DNA of 64,000 nucleotides from the NCBI GenBank assembly GCA_963760795.1, contig CAVXEP010000001.1:160001-224000 (forward strand). Direction: 5' to 3'. The notes under the pieces were generated by a model. That model saw only the letters and a program-made list of their open reading frames with translations. It was not told the origin of the DNA and did no database searches. Of the stretch, positions 1 through 9,534 are shown piece by piece. This stretch comes from an uncultured delta proteobacterium (GTDB lineage Bacteria; Desulfobacterota; Binatia; UBA9968). The first letter of the stretch is position 1, and each line of letters begins with the position of its first letter. A program made the position numbers and the translations under genes.

Positions 1-1
1 T

Positions 2-277
2 AATGGCGGCACGGGCATACCCTGCCCGGCGACGCTCAACAGCGGCGACTTTCACCGCAGCGCGATCAGGCTCAACGAGTGGGATCTGTGGTACTTCATC
101 GCGCCGCGCATGAGCGTGGGTATCAACATCCTGTGGACCGAAGCATCCAACCTGCAAAATGCGCGTAACCAACCGGCGCATAATCTTGACGTGTGTCCGA
201 ATGCTCCTGCCAACTGCCGCAACGGCAAGGGCGGCGACTGGATGGAGTGGTTCTTGAACTGGCGCTACACGTTCTAA
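2..277 (+). CDS. Outer-membrane beta-barrel protein, C-terminal part (5' truncated by window)
   Basis: Open frame from base 2 ending ...GDWMEWFLNWRYTF-TAA. The terminal aromatic-x-Y-x-F is the BAM beta-signal; a terminator follows. Not in the ORF track. Confidence 0.75.
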   Translation, partial: NGGTGIPCPATLNSGDFHRSAIRLNEWDLWYFIAPRMSVGINILWTEASNLQNARNQPAHNLDVCPNAPANCRNGKGGDWMEWFLNWRYTF

Positions 278-299
278 GCGCATAGCTTACAGACGTTTC

Positions 300-340
300 A
301 ACCAAAAGGGGGAGTCAGCAATGACTCCCCCTTTTGGTTT
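300..340 (+). terminator. Rho-independent (bidirectional-type) terminator
   Basis: AACCAAAAGGGGGAGTCA-GCAA-TGACTCCCCCTTTTGGTT perfect hairpin. Confidence 0.85.
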
Positions 341-557
341 CGGCGGACTGTGGCTTGATCATTGTCCACGGTTTAAGCGTTGCCCGCCCAGGTTACTCTG
401 TGACCGGCGCTCTGTTGGCAAAGTTATTCCCCGGTCAAGCATGTCAGTTCACACAAACGCTTCAGAGATGTTCAGCTGTGAGATTTATTCAAGAGGGGAA
501 ACTTTGTCGAGGTGTTCGCGCTCCATATAGGCAATCCCTTTGAGGAGGAAGAGCAGG

Positions 558-1148
558 ATGAAACCAATCGATTTGTTTGTGACAAAGTATTGGCTTGGGT
601 TGGTCGTTGTAAGCGTGGTGGCGGTCGCCGGTTGCGCCACTGAGACCGCTAAGAAGCCGGAGGCGGTATCTCGGCCAGCCGGCGCGGCTGCCGCACCATC
701 TACCGGACGCGCGCCCGCGGAGAAGCCCGTGGTCTCGTCGAACCCAGCGTCGCCGGGTTCGAGCTTGGATGCACTGCGCCAGGGCAAAGCAGCCGCGGAT
801 GGACCGATGAAAACGATTTATTTCAATTTCGACAGTTTCGCTCTGACTGCGGATGCTCGAACGGTTTTAGCGGCCAACGCAGCGTGGCTAAAGTCCAACC
901 CGAGCAGCATGGTCGAGATCGAGGGTCACTGTGATGAGCGCGGCACGACGGAATATAACCTCGCCCTGGGCGCCAAGCGCGCGCGGGCCGCGATGGACTA
1001 CCTGGTAACCCTTGGCGTCAATCCGGCGCGCATCAAGACTACCAGCTACGGCGAAGAGCTGCCCTCGTGCCGGGAATCCACGGAAGCTTGTTATCTTGAC
1101 AACCGTCGCGCTCGTTTCGTTGAAATCCGGCAACGCTTAGCATCATAA
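558..1148 (+). CDS. pal: Peptidoglycan-associated lipoprotein (OmpA-like domain)
   Basis: Lipobox VAGC; IYFNFDS, IEGHCDERGTTEYNLALGAKRA, SYGEE, NRR motifs; GAGGAGG RBS before ATG 558. Confidence 0.9.
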   Translation: MKPIDLFVTKYWLGLVVVSVVAVAGCATETAKKPEAVSRPAGAAAAPSTGRAPAEKPVVSSNPASPGSSLDALRQGKAAADGPMKTIYFNFDSFALTADARTVLAANAAWLKSNPSSMVEIEGHCDERGTTEYNLALGAKRARAAMDYLVTLGVNPARIKTTSYGEELPSCRESTEACYLDNRRARFVEIRQRLAS

Positions 1149-1234
1149 GTAGTCGCTCAGAATGCGATACCTTAGTCGCTATTCGGGTCGCGCCGAAAAT
1201 TATCGCGCGTTTGTAAAAATCCTGGTTTATCTGC

Positions 1235-1296
1235 TTGACAAGGCGACGCTTCGTACAGTATACGACGAATGACTTAGATACAGGACTTAAGTCTTA
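1235..1296 (+). promoter_or_regulatory. Sigma70-like promoter plus inverted repeat CAGGACT-TA-AGTCTTA (putative NarL-family box)
   Basis: TTGACA at 1235 and TATACG 18 bp later; palindrome 1281-1296 recurs at 4280-4295 upstream of the paralogous operon. Confidence 0.55.
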
Positions 1297-1313
1297 ATAA
1301 CTGGGAGGCATCG

Positions 1314-1748
1314 ATGAAGTATTACTTAGCGATCACCAATATCACTGCGGCAGTTGCGCTCGGGTTTGCAATCAGTGCTTGCTCGACGCAAGAGGAGATG
1401 GTTGCCAAGCCGGCGGCGAAACCGGCCGCACCCGCGCCAGCGGCAAAGACCGAAGCAAAAGCCGAAGCTAAAGCCGAGGCAAAGGCTGACGCGAAGGCTG
1501 CGGCAACCAAGTTGGCGGGTGATGTCGGGTTACTGGATACCGAAAAAAATTACATGATCATCGTGACCAAGGAAGGCAAACTTGTGACGGTGGATTATGA
1601 TCCAAAGTTTCAGCCGACTCAGCGGGAGATGAAGAACGCGAAGGTCGCCGATATCGGCCTTGGCTCCGCAGCCACAGTCGTGTACACCAAGGAAGGCGAA
1701 AAGAGCATCGCTTCGAGTGTCGAATATCTACCGGCCAAGGGCGAGTAG
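1314..1748 (+). CDS. Lipoprotein with Ala/Lys/Glu linker and small beta-rich (OB-fold/DUF5666-like) domain, copy A1
   Basis: Lipobox ISAC; GDVGLLDTEKNYMIIVTKEGKLVT...PAKGE shared with three paralogs. Confidence 0.75.
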   Translation: MKYYLAITNITAAVALGFAISACSTQEEMVAKPAAKPAAPAPAAKTEAKAEAKAEAKADAKAAATKLAGDVGLLDTEKNYMIIVTKEGKLVTVDYDPKFQPTQREMKNAKVADIGLGSAATVVYTKEGEKSIASSVEYLPAKGE

Positions 1749-1802
1749 TGGCGCTTGACGAGCGGCCGAATATAACGACGTACATCACAAGGAGAGACTG
1801 AC

Positions 1803-2186
1803 ATGAAAGTAAATAAGCAAATTGTAGGCGCCATCGCGATAATCGCCGCCGCAGCCATTGCGTTGCCCTCTGTCGCGCAGGAGAAGAAGGCTGAAGAAAA
1901 GAAGGCCGAAGGCGCCAAGGCTGAACCCGCGAAGGCTAAGGCGGAAAAGGTCGCCGGTGATATCGGTTTGTTGGACACCGAGAAAAACTACATGATCGTG
2001 GTTACCAAGGACGGCAAGCTGGTTACATTGGATTTCAATGCTAAAACCAAGGCTACGGAAATTGTCGAAACCAAAGCCAAGATGGCCGACGTCGGACTTG
2101 GCTCTTCGGCCACTGTCGAGTACGTCACCAAGGGTGAGAAGAACTTCCTCTCGAAGATGACTTTCGTTCCGGCTAAGGGCGAATAG
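1803..2186 (+). CDS. Secreted paralog of the same domain (Sec signal), copy B1
   Basis: Signal peptide ending SVA-Q; same core motif and PAKGE C-terminus. Confidence 0.75.
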   Translation: MKVNKQIVGAIAIIAAAAIALPSVAQEKKAEEKKAEGAKAEPAKAKAEKVAGDIGLLDTEKNYMIVVTKDGKLVTLDFNAKTKATEIVETKAKMADVGLGSSATVEYVTKGEKNFLSKMTFVPAKGE

Positions 2187-2247
2187 TTTATTGGGCAGCG
2201 GTTAGCCCGTCACGCCAAACCGCAGCGTATCTGAGATAATTTCCTGC

Positions 2248-3450
2248 TCACGTCGTCAGGGGCACTGAGAAGGAAATTTTTGTCCCGCTCGAGGGGGAGG
2301 ACTTGAGAGCAAGTTCTCCCCCTAGTTTTTCAATTCTCTCCTTCATGCTGCGCAATCCCAGTCCACGGCCATTTTCGGCGGTCCGCAGGTCCAATCCGAT
2401 GCCATTATCTTCGAGAGAGACCTCAATAGCGCTCGCGAATTGGTTGAGTCGAAATTGGACACGCGAAGCATGTGAGTGACGGGTGATATTGGTTAGACCT
2501 TCGCGCAATACGTAATAGAGCTCTCGCTCGATTTCAGCCGGTAGGTTGAGATTTTCCGGTTCGCAATCCAAGATCACTTCCAGACCAAGTCCGCCTTGAA
2601 TAAATCGCAGCTCGTCTTGCAGCCGTTCGAGCAAAGTGCCTGATATGATGGGATGATCCGTCTTGCCCGCCAGGAATGCGCGGATGTCTTTCATCGTCGA
2701 GCGAGTTAGCTCTTCCGCCGATTGCAGTTCCTGAATCGCTTCGTTCTCTGACTCCGGTAGCCGTGCCCGGGTGCTTTCCAGACGCAGAATCAAGGTGGCC
2801 AGCGATTGTAAGATGCCGTCATGGATGTCGAACATGATTCGCCGGCGTTCCTGCAGCACGGCTACGTTAGCCGCGGTGATCGATAAAGCCAATAGTTTTT
2901 GATTCTGTCTCTTCTCGAATTCACTGATGTAACCAAAAGCCGCAGCTAGAAAGATCAAATAAAGACTGCGAACCACGATCGTGTCGATGCCGATCGGTTG
3001 CTGCACAGATTCGGCGGCTAAGGACAATCGGATGGCTATGTAAATGGCAACGCCGATGAATGCCACCGGCAGACTGCCTCTAAGGCCCCAACGCAAGCTC
3101 GCGGTGATGACTGGAAACGAGTAATAAAAGAAAAACGGCGTTCGGGTGCCGCCGGTGGAGAATACGATGAGCGCAATCCAGACGACATCCAAACCGGTCG
3201 CAACCGAGCCAAAACTCGAAAGGTAGGATTTTCTGGTCACGACAATAACAAGCGCGATGCCGCTGTAAATAAGAAAGGAGCCGAGTACGAGAGCTGACAT
3301 TAGAGGAAAGCGCGCGACCCGTTCCGGATTGAGCTGGATGACCGCGATCGCCAACACGGCGAAAGCTAGCCGCAGCCACGCCACAGCGCGCTCCCGTTCC
3401 AGGAACCAGCTCTCCTCGAGCGGCGTGTTACCGGTGGTGGCCATGGTCAT
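2248..3450 (-). CDS. Membrane sensor histidine kinase (HisKA_3/NarX-LiaS type)
   Basis: Several N-terminal TM helices; ERRRIMFDIHDGILQ H-box; EGLTNITRHS, EDNGIG, GLGLRSMKER. Confidence 0.93.
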   Translation of the reverse strand: MTMATTGNTPLEESWFLERERAVAWLRLAFAVLAIAVIQLNPERVARFPLMSALVLGSFLIYSGIALVIVVTRKSYLSSFGSVATGLDVVWIALIVFSTGGTRTPFFFYYSFPVITASLRWGLRGSLPVAFIGVAIYIAIRLSLAAESVQQPIGIDTIVVRSLYLIFLAAAFGYISEFEKRQNQKLLALSITAANVAVLQERRRIMFDIHDGILQSLATLILRLESTRARLPESENEAIQELQSAEELTRSTMKDIRAFLAGKTDHPIISGTLLERLQDELRFIQGGLGLEVILDCEPENLNLPAEIERELYYVLREGLTNITRHSHASRVQFRLNQFASAIEVSLEDNGIGLDLRTAENGRGLGLRSMKERIEKLGGELALKSSPSSGTKISFSVPLTT

Positions 3451-3505
3451 AAGCCTGAAAGCGGTATTGCTTTCTTTTTTTGAGAAATCGCCCGCTGCGT
3501 CGAGT

Positions 3506-4168
3506 TTAGTGGCTCTGGCCCATCAGCAAGAGCGCCGCTTTGAAGCGATTGTTGACTTTAAGTTTGTCGAAGATGTTGGTCAAGTGGGTTTTGACGGTCT
3601 TCTCACTGATAAAAATTTTCTTGCCGATCTCTTCGTTGGTAAGCCCTTCGGCGACCAGCTTGAGAATTTCCATCTCGCGTTTAGTCAGCGATTGGATACT
3701 TTCGTCCGGTTGTGGCAGTGTCGTTCTCTCCACCGGCCGGGAGCCGACGATCTCTTCGAAAGCGTCCTTGGCGGGCACATCGTTGTCGACCCAAAATGCG
3801 CCGTTATGGACGGCTCTAATCGCCTGGATAACGGTAGCCGATGGCGTCCCCTTCGAAATAAACCCCCTCGCTCCGCTTTTCGCGGCATTTAAGACGTTCT
3901 CTTCTTCAGTGAACGCCGTCAGAACCATGACTTGAGTCGAGGGGCTCTTGGCGCTGACGCCAAGAAGATTTTGCACCGCGTCGCCCTTGGGCATTTTTAA
4001 ATCGAGAAGCAGGATATCGGGCTTCGTGCGCTCAATCGTTTTAGCGAGCTCGTCGCCGTCCGCGGCTTCGCCAATCACCAGGATGTCTTTCTCTAAAGAC
4101 AGCATTCTCCGCAAGCCGTCACGAAACAGCGGGTGATCGTCGGCAATTACGACTTTTATCGGTGTCAT
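3506..4168 (-). CDS. NarL/LuxR-family response regulator
   Basis: IADDHPLFRDG, LLDLKMP receiver; LTKREMEIL...TVKTHLTNIFDKL HTH; start taken at MTPIKVV. Confidence 0.95.
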   Translation of the reverse strand: MTPIKVVIADDHPLFRDGLRRMLSLEKDILVIGEAADGDELAKTIERTKPDILLLDLKMPKGDAVQNLLGVSAKSPSTQVMVLTAFTEEENVLNAAKSGARGFISKGTPSATVIQAIRAVHNGAFWVDNDVPAKDAFEEIVGSRPVERTTLPQPDESIQSLTKREMEILKLVAEGLTNEEIGKKIFISEKTVKTHLTNIFDKLKVNNRFKAALLLMGQSH

Positions 4169-4279
4169 CGTCAACCTCGCCTCTTCTCCATAAGATCTAA
4201 GACTGGATTCGTAGACGTGGGGAGCATACATCAAACAATTTTGCGTGCAAATCGGCACCTTTGCCTAGAATCGCTTTTC

Positions 4280-4295
4280 TAGGACTTAAGTCGTG
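4280..4295. promoter_or_regulatory. Inverted repeat TAGGACT-TA-AGTCGTG (putative response-regulator box)
   Basis: AGGACTTAAGTC identical to 1282-1293; lies between the divergent regulator and lipoprotein copy A2. Confidence 0.55.
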
Positions 4296-4416
4296 TCCAT
4301 GGGTGCGTCAGCTCTGGGTCTGTTCGAAAAACCCTACCTAATGCGTATTGAGAAGATAGCGAGGGTCACGATAAGTAATTGGAACACTTTTAGTAATTTT
4401 TGTTCAGCACGGAGGA

Positions 4417-4868
4417 ATGATGAAGAATTTGGTGACAGTGAGTGGACTGGTATTGTTGGCGACGTCGCTTGGTATTGCAGCGTGTTCGACGCAAGATGAG
4501 ATGGTCGCCAAGCCGGCGGCGAAACCGGCCGCACCGGCACCCGCGGCAGCGGCAAAGACCGAAGAAAAGCTGAAGCTAAAGCCGAGGCAAAGGGAGAAGA
4601 AAAAGGCGAAGCGAAGGCTGCGGCAACCAAGCTGGCGGGAGATGTGGGGTTACTGGACACCGAAAAGAATTACATGATCGTGGTGACCAAGGAAGGCAAA
4701 CTCGTAACGGTCGATTACGATGCTAAGTTTCAGCCCACCCAGCGCGAGATGAAGGACGCCAAGGTTGCCGATATCGGTCTTGGCTCGGCCGCCACGGTCC
4801 TCTACGTCAAGGAAGGCGAGAAGAGCATCGCCACGAGCATCGAATTTGTGCCGGCGAAAGGCGAGTAG
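4417..4868 (+). CDS. Lipoprotein copy A2, with a frameshift near 4567
   Basis: Lipobox IAAC. Adding one A to the GAAGAAAAG run joins ORFs 4417 and 4644 into a full paralog of 1314..1748. Confidence 0.75.
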
Positions 4869-4919
4869 CCACCCCTGGGAGCCGGTCGAGAAAAGACGCA
4901 TCATTAAGGAGAAATCAAA

Positions 4920-5330
4920 ATGAAAACACGCAAGCAAGTAATGGGTGCCATGGCAATTGTCTTCGCGGCATCGGTAGCGTTGCCGGTGATCGCCCAAGAA
5001 AAGAAGGCCGAAGAGAAGAAAGCCGAAAAGGCGGAAAAGGCTGAGAAGTCAGAAGGCGCCAAGGCCGAACCCGCCAAGGCTAAGGCGGAAAAGGTCGCCG
5101 GTGATATCGGTCTGTTGGACACCGAGAAAAACTACATGATCGTCGTGACCAAAGATGGCAAGCTGGTCACTCTGGATTTTAATGCCAAAACCAAGGCGAC
5201 TGAAATCGTCGAGACCAAAGTAAAGATGGGCGAGGTCGGACTTGGCTCTTCGGCCAATGTCGAGTACGTCACCAAGGGCGAGAAGAATTTCCTGTCGAAG
5301 ATGACCTTCGTTCCCGCCAAGGGCGAATAG
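4920..5330 (+). CDS. Secreted paralog, copy B2
   Basis: Near-identical to 1803..2186 with a longer EKKA/EKA repeat. Confidence 0.8.
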   Translation: MKTRKQVMGAMAIVFAASVALPVIAQEKKAEEKKAEKAEKAEKSEGAKAEPAKAKAEKVAGDIGLLDTEKNYMIVVTKDGKLVTLDFNAKTKATEIVETKVKMGEVGLGSSANVEYVTKGEKNFLSKMTFVPAKGE

Positions 5331-5356
5331 TCCTGCCCAATCAAGCTGCAAGACTC

Positions 5357-5396
5357 AAAGGGGCGGTTACAACCTCAGTTGTACCGCCCCTTTTTT
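5357..5396 (+). terminator. Rho-independent terminator
   Basis: GGGGCGGTTACAAC-CTCA-GTTGTACCGCCCC followed by T6. Confidence 0.85.
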
Positions 5397-5897
5397 CTGG
5401 TTGAGTTCCGTGCAGCCAATGCCGTGGCGAATGACTACCGCAAAGATGAATTCCAATAGGGAATCGATTTGTGGGGCGAGTTGATCCGGCCTTTGCGGTT
5501 GGCGGCGAAATAGGTTGTACGGCACAATTTGCGCAAGAATACGACGAGCAAAAGTTCGCAGATTGGGTCGTCGACCCTCATGTCCTTGGTGGTGAGTTAC
5601 TCAGGATAAACGCCGAAGAGCGTGGGACACTGCATTAGCTGAGCGACTCTTTCGCAGTTGACGAGCGCTTCTGCCGATTCCACCTTTTCGGTTTAGCCAT
5701 CCTTCCTCCCTGTAGATTTGCCAGCCTATCCGTGGCCATTTCACTGTCAGTTATCCACGGTGCCGAAGCTACCGGTATGCGATCAGAGGATGCGCCCGTC
5801 CAAGGGCGTCTATTCGCTTGCCTTAGTCGGGGCGCGAGAATATGATCCGGTCGCTTTAACAATAATGCATTGGCAAATCTCGAACGAGGAAATTTTT

Positions 5898-6632
5898 ATG
5901 GCCGATCTATCGAAACTCCGCGAGCTCGTGGCGCAATCCTGCCGCATGCTCGGCAAACTTAACTTAACCAAGGAGCCGAGCGGCCATGTCAGCGCGCGGG
6001 TTCCCGGCGAAGACAAAGTGTTGATTAAAGCCCGCGGCCCGGAAGAGTCGGGTCTGCGCTTCGTCACCGCGCGCGACATCATTACCGTCGACTTCAACGG
6101 CAAGAAAGTCGCCGGCGACGACGGCCTCGATGTGCCCCAGGAAGTGTTCATCCACACCTGGCTGTACAAGAGCCGCCGGGATGTCGAGAGCGTGGTGCAC
6201 GTCCATCCCTTGACCGTCGTGCTGTTTACGATTTGCGACAAACCGATCGAGCCCTTGTACGGCGCCTACGATCCATCGGGTTTGCGTTTGATCGTCGAAG
6301 GTCTGGCGACCTACCCGCGCAGCATTACGGTTTCCAACGAGAAACTCGGCGAAGAGTTCGCCACAGCGATGGGTGACAAGCCGGCCTGCCTCATGCGCGG
6401 TCACGGCATCACCAGCGCCGGTCCTGGCGTGGAGGACGCAACGCTGACGGCGATCAAGTTAAACGACGCCGCGACGATCAACTATCAAGCCCACCTGCTC
6501 GGCACGCCGCGGCCGATTCCCCAGGAAGACATCGACATCTTGGTCGGCAAATCGCGCAGCGCCGGCAACCAATCCGTGCATGCCAACTCCAACTGGCGCT
6601 ACTACTGCAAGCTGCTCGACGAAGAGTCTTAG
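5898..6632 (+). CDS. Class II aldolase/adducin family protein
   Basis: SGHVSAR, EVFIHTWLY, VVHVHP, LMRGHG metal motifs; RBS GAGGA. Confidence 0.9.
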   Translation: MADLSKLRELVAQSCRMLGKLNLTKEPSGHVSARVPGEDKVLIKARGPEESGLRFVTARDIITVDFNGKKVAGDDGLDVPQEVFIHTWLYKSRRDVESVVHVHPLTVVLFTICDKPIEPLYGAYDPSGLRLIVEGLATYPRSITVSNEKLGEEFATAMGDKPACLMRGHGITSAGPGVEDATLTAIKLNDAATINYQAHLLGTPRPIPQEDIDILVGKSRSAGNQSVHANSNWRYYCKLLDEES

Positions 6633-6639
6633 ATTTGGC

Positions 6640-6671
6640 CGTTCGAAACGTTCAAGCCGTTCAAATCGTTT
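6640..6671. repeat. 9-bp-period CGTTCAAAT-type repeat (also 10665-10698, 43546-43584)
   Basis: CGTTCGAAA-CGTTCAAGC-CGTTCAAAT-CGTTT directly after a stop codon. Confidence 0.7.
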
Positions 6672-6707
6672 CGGACCTCGGATATCGATCGCATTCATTT
6701 TTCATCC

Positions 6708-7799
6708 ATGAGTGCTCCGGTTCTTGAGTTTCGCGATGTGGTCAAACGCTTTGGCGCGATCAATGCCGTCGACGGCGTGAGCTTTTCTCTCGAACGTGGC
6801 GAGATCTTCACCCTGCTGGGGCCGTCCGGTTGCGGCAAGACGACCACGCTGCGTCTGGTCGCCGGTTTGGAAGAGCCCGATGGCGGCGAGATTTTCATAG
6901 CTGGGAAAAGCGTCGCGGCGCCCGCCCGTGGTTTCTGCTTGCCGCCGGAAAAGCGCCGGCTCGGCATGGTGTTCCAGTCCTACGCCATCTGGCCGCATTT
7001 GACGGTTTTCGAAAACGTCGCTTTCCCGTTGCGCGTGCGCCGCGAGTCGAATGAAATCGTCCGCCGGCGGGTCGAGCATGGGCTGGAAATCGTCGGCCTC
7101 GGCGGCTTTGCCGAGCGCGGTGCGACTGAGCTTTCCGGCGGTCAGCAGCAACGGGTGGCGCTCGCCCGCGCGCTGGTATACGAGCCCGAGATTCTTTTGC
7201 TCGACGAACCGCTGTCCAATCTCGATGCTAAACTGCGCGAACAGATGCGCGTCGAGATTCGCACATTACAGAAGCGACTGGGCCTGACGGTGCTTTACGT
7301 CACCCATGACCAGGCCGAAGCGATGACTTTGTCGGACCGCATCGCGGTGGTGCATCGCGGCCGATTCGAGCAAGTCGGCACACCGGAGGAAGTCTACGAA
7401 ATGCCGCAGACTGAATTCGCGGCTGGGTTTTTGGGGCGCATGGTTAGTTTCCCAGGCAAGGTTATTAAAAACGCCGCTGGGTGTTGGGTTGAGTTGGCTG
7501 ACAACGCCGCTCGATGTCCGGTGGCGGCGACGCTAGTGGCAGCGTTCGATGACGGGGTTCCAGTTCACCTGCAAACCCGTCCAGAGGACATCGAGATCTT
7601 AGCCGATGGCGGGCTGCAAGTGTATCAATTGATCGCCACGGTCGATCAGGTCGCATACCTGGGCGAGTGTTTCGAATATCATGTCAGCGCCAGTGGGATT
7701 ACCTTCGTGTTGACCGCGGCAAAAAAACACCGCTATCGGATCGGCGCATTGATCCGCTTGGCGCTCGATCCATCGCGTCTTCACATTCGCGCAGCATGA
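6708..7799 (+). CDS. ABC transporter ATP-binding protein (FbpC/PotA type)
   Basis: GPSGCGKT, LSGGQQQRVALAR, LLDEP, VTHDQ; C-terminal TOBE-like region. Confidence 0.95.
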   Translation: MSAPVLEFRDVVKRFGAINAVDGVSFSLERGEIFTLLGPSGCGKTTTLRLVAGLEEPDGGEIFIAGKSVAAPARGFCLPPEKRRLGMVFQSYAIWPHLTVFENVAFPLRVRRESNEIVRRRVEHGLEIVGLGGFAERGATELSGGQQQRVALARALVYEPEILLLDEPLSNLDAKLREQMRVEIRTLQKRLGLTVLYVTHDQAEAMTLSDRIAVVHRGRFEQVGTPEEVYEMPQTEFAAGFLGRMVSFPGKVIKNAAGCWVELADNAARCPVAATLVAAFDDGVPVHLQTRPEDIEILADGGLQVYQLIATVDQVAYLGECFEYHVSASGITFVLTAAKKHRYRIGALIRLALDPSRLHIRAA

Positions 7800-7805
7800 T
7801 TGGCG

Positions 7806-9534
7806 ATGGCAATAAACGTAACAACCATGCCGCGATGGCGGCGAATTCGCCTCCGGCCGATTCGTCTGGCGGAGTTGTCGTTCTTAATATTTCTCATCGT
7901 CGCCATGGGATTGCCGTTACTGTTCTTGCTCACCGGCAGTTTCAACCTGAGCGCGCCCGGAAAACCGGCGGTTTACGGCATAGACAATTGGCTTCATGCC
8001 TTTACCGACAGCGCTACGTTGAACGCCTTGTGGATGAGTTTTCTGCTTTCAGTCGTGCGGCTGATTCCGGCGATGATCTTGTCGGTGTCGTTTGCCTGGC
8101 TGATCGCGCGCACCGACATGCCCGGCGGCAAGTTTATCGAGGCGGTCTGCTGGATCGCTTACTTCGTGCCGGATTTCCCCTTGGTGCTCGCGTGGATATT
8201 GCTGCTCGATCCCAACTTCGGCTTTCTCAATAGCGTCGCCAAGAGTATACCAGGGGTCGACGGCGCGCTGTTCACTCCCTACGGCTTTTGGGGCATCGTT
8301 TGGGTGCACACTTCCACCGGCGGCATTTGGTTCAAGGTGATGTTGCTGGTGCCGGTGTTTCGCCGGTTGGGCGCGACTCTCGAAGAGGCGGCGCGGGTGG
8401 CTGGCGCCAGCACCACGACGATGCTCTGGCGCATTACGCTGCCCGTGCTCGCACCGATGATTTTGGCGGTCTCGATGCTGAGCTTTATCCGCGGCCTGCA
8501 ATCCTTCAACACCGAGCTTTTGCTCGGCACGCCGGCGGGAATCTACGTTTACTCGACCAAGATTTATGACCTTCTTCAGCACGAGCCGCGCGCTTACGGC
8601 GAGGCCACGGCGTTGGGCTCGGTGTTTTTGTTTGTCCTCGCGCTGTTGCTGTTTTTTTATTGGAAGTTTTTGCGCGGCGGCAAGAAGTTTACCGTGGTCA
8701 CCGGCCAGGGATACTCCACCCTGCGTGTGAAATTGGGCAAATGGCGCTACGTTGCTTGCGCCGGCTGTCTGCTCTACGTCGCCGTGACAATGCTTTTGCC
8801 GCTGGCGTTTCTGGTCATCGGCTCGTTCATGCGCCGTTACGGCTTTTTCAACATAGCTTCGCCGTTTACCTTAATTCACTGGTACAACATGCTCAGCGAT
8901 CCGATTTTTTTGATCGCGCTGAAAAATAGCTTGATCATCGCCGGCACGACTGCCATCGGCGGCGTCTTGCTCTATTCCGCCCTGGCTTATTTATTAGTTT
9001 CGCGGCGCACCGATTACCGCTCCACTGTTGGAAAGTCTTTGTTGGATACCTCATGTGCTGCCGGGGATTCTTTTAAGTCTCGGCGTGCTCTGGCTGTTTC
9101 TGGCGACGCCGTTGCGGTTTTTTCTTTACGGCAGCGTTTGGGGTATCGCCGTGGCGCTCATCCTCGCTGACAGTCCGGTGACCACCCAGGCGTTCAAAGC
9201 CGGGCTGCTGCAATTGGGCGGCGATTTGGAAGAGGCGGCGCGAGTGAGCGGCGCGTCCTGGCGCTACACTTACCGGCGCGTGCTCCTACCGCTATTGGCG
9301 CCCATCGCGGCGGCGGTGGGGTTGATGAATTTCGGCAGCGCCTTGACCAGCATCAGTACCCCTGTGCTACTTTACAGCCACCAGTCGCGCCCGTTGGCGA
9401 TCTTGTTGCTCGAATATAGCTTCACCGGCGAACTGGAACGTGCGGCGGCGCTGGGCTTGCTGATTACCGTGATCATCGGCGTCATGATGCTGGTGGGGCG
9501 AAAGTTGGGCTTGCAGTTGGCGGGGAGCGACTAA
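7806..9534 (+). CDS. ABC permease (FbpB-type, two TM modules), frameshift near 9010
   Basis: Two EAA loops (LEEAARVAGA, LEEAARVSGA) split over ORFs 7800 and 9028. Confidence 0.85.

Noticed and set aside
5430-5700. Short minus-strand ORFs with an RBS (MAKPKRWNR...; MRVDDPIC...)
   Set aside because: No recognisable motif; cannot be separated from noise or a decayed gene.
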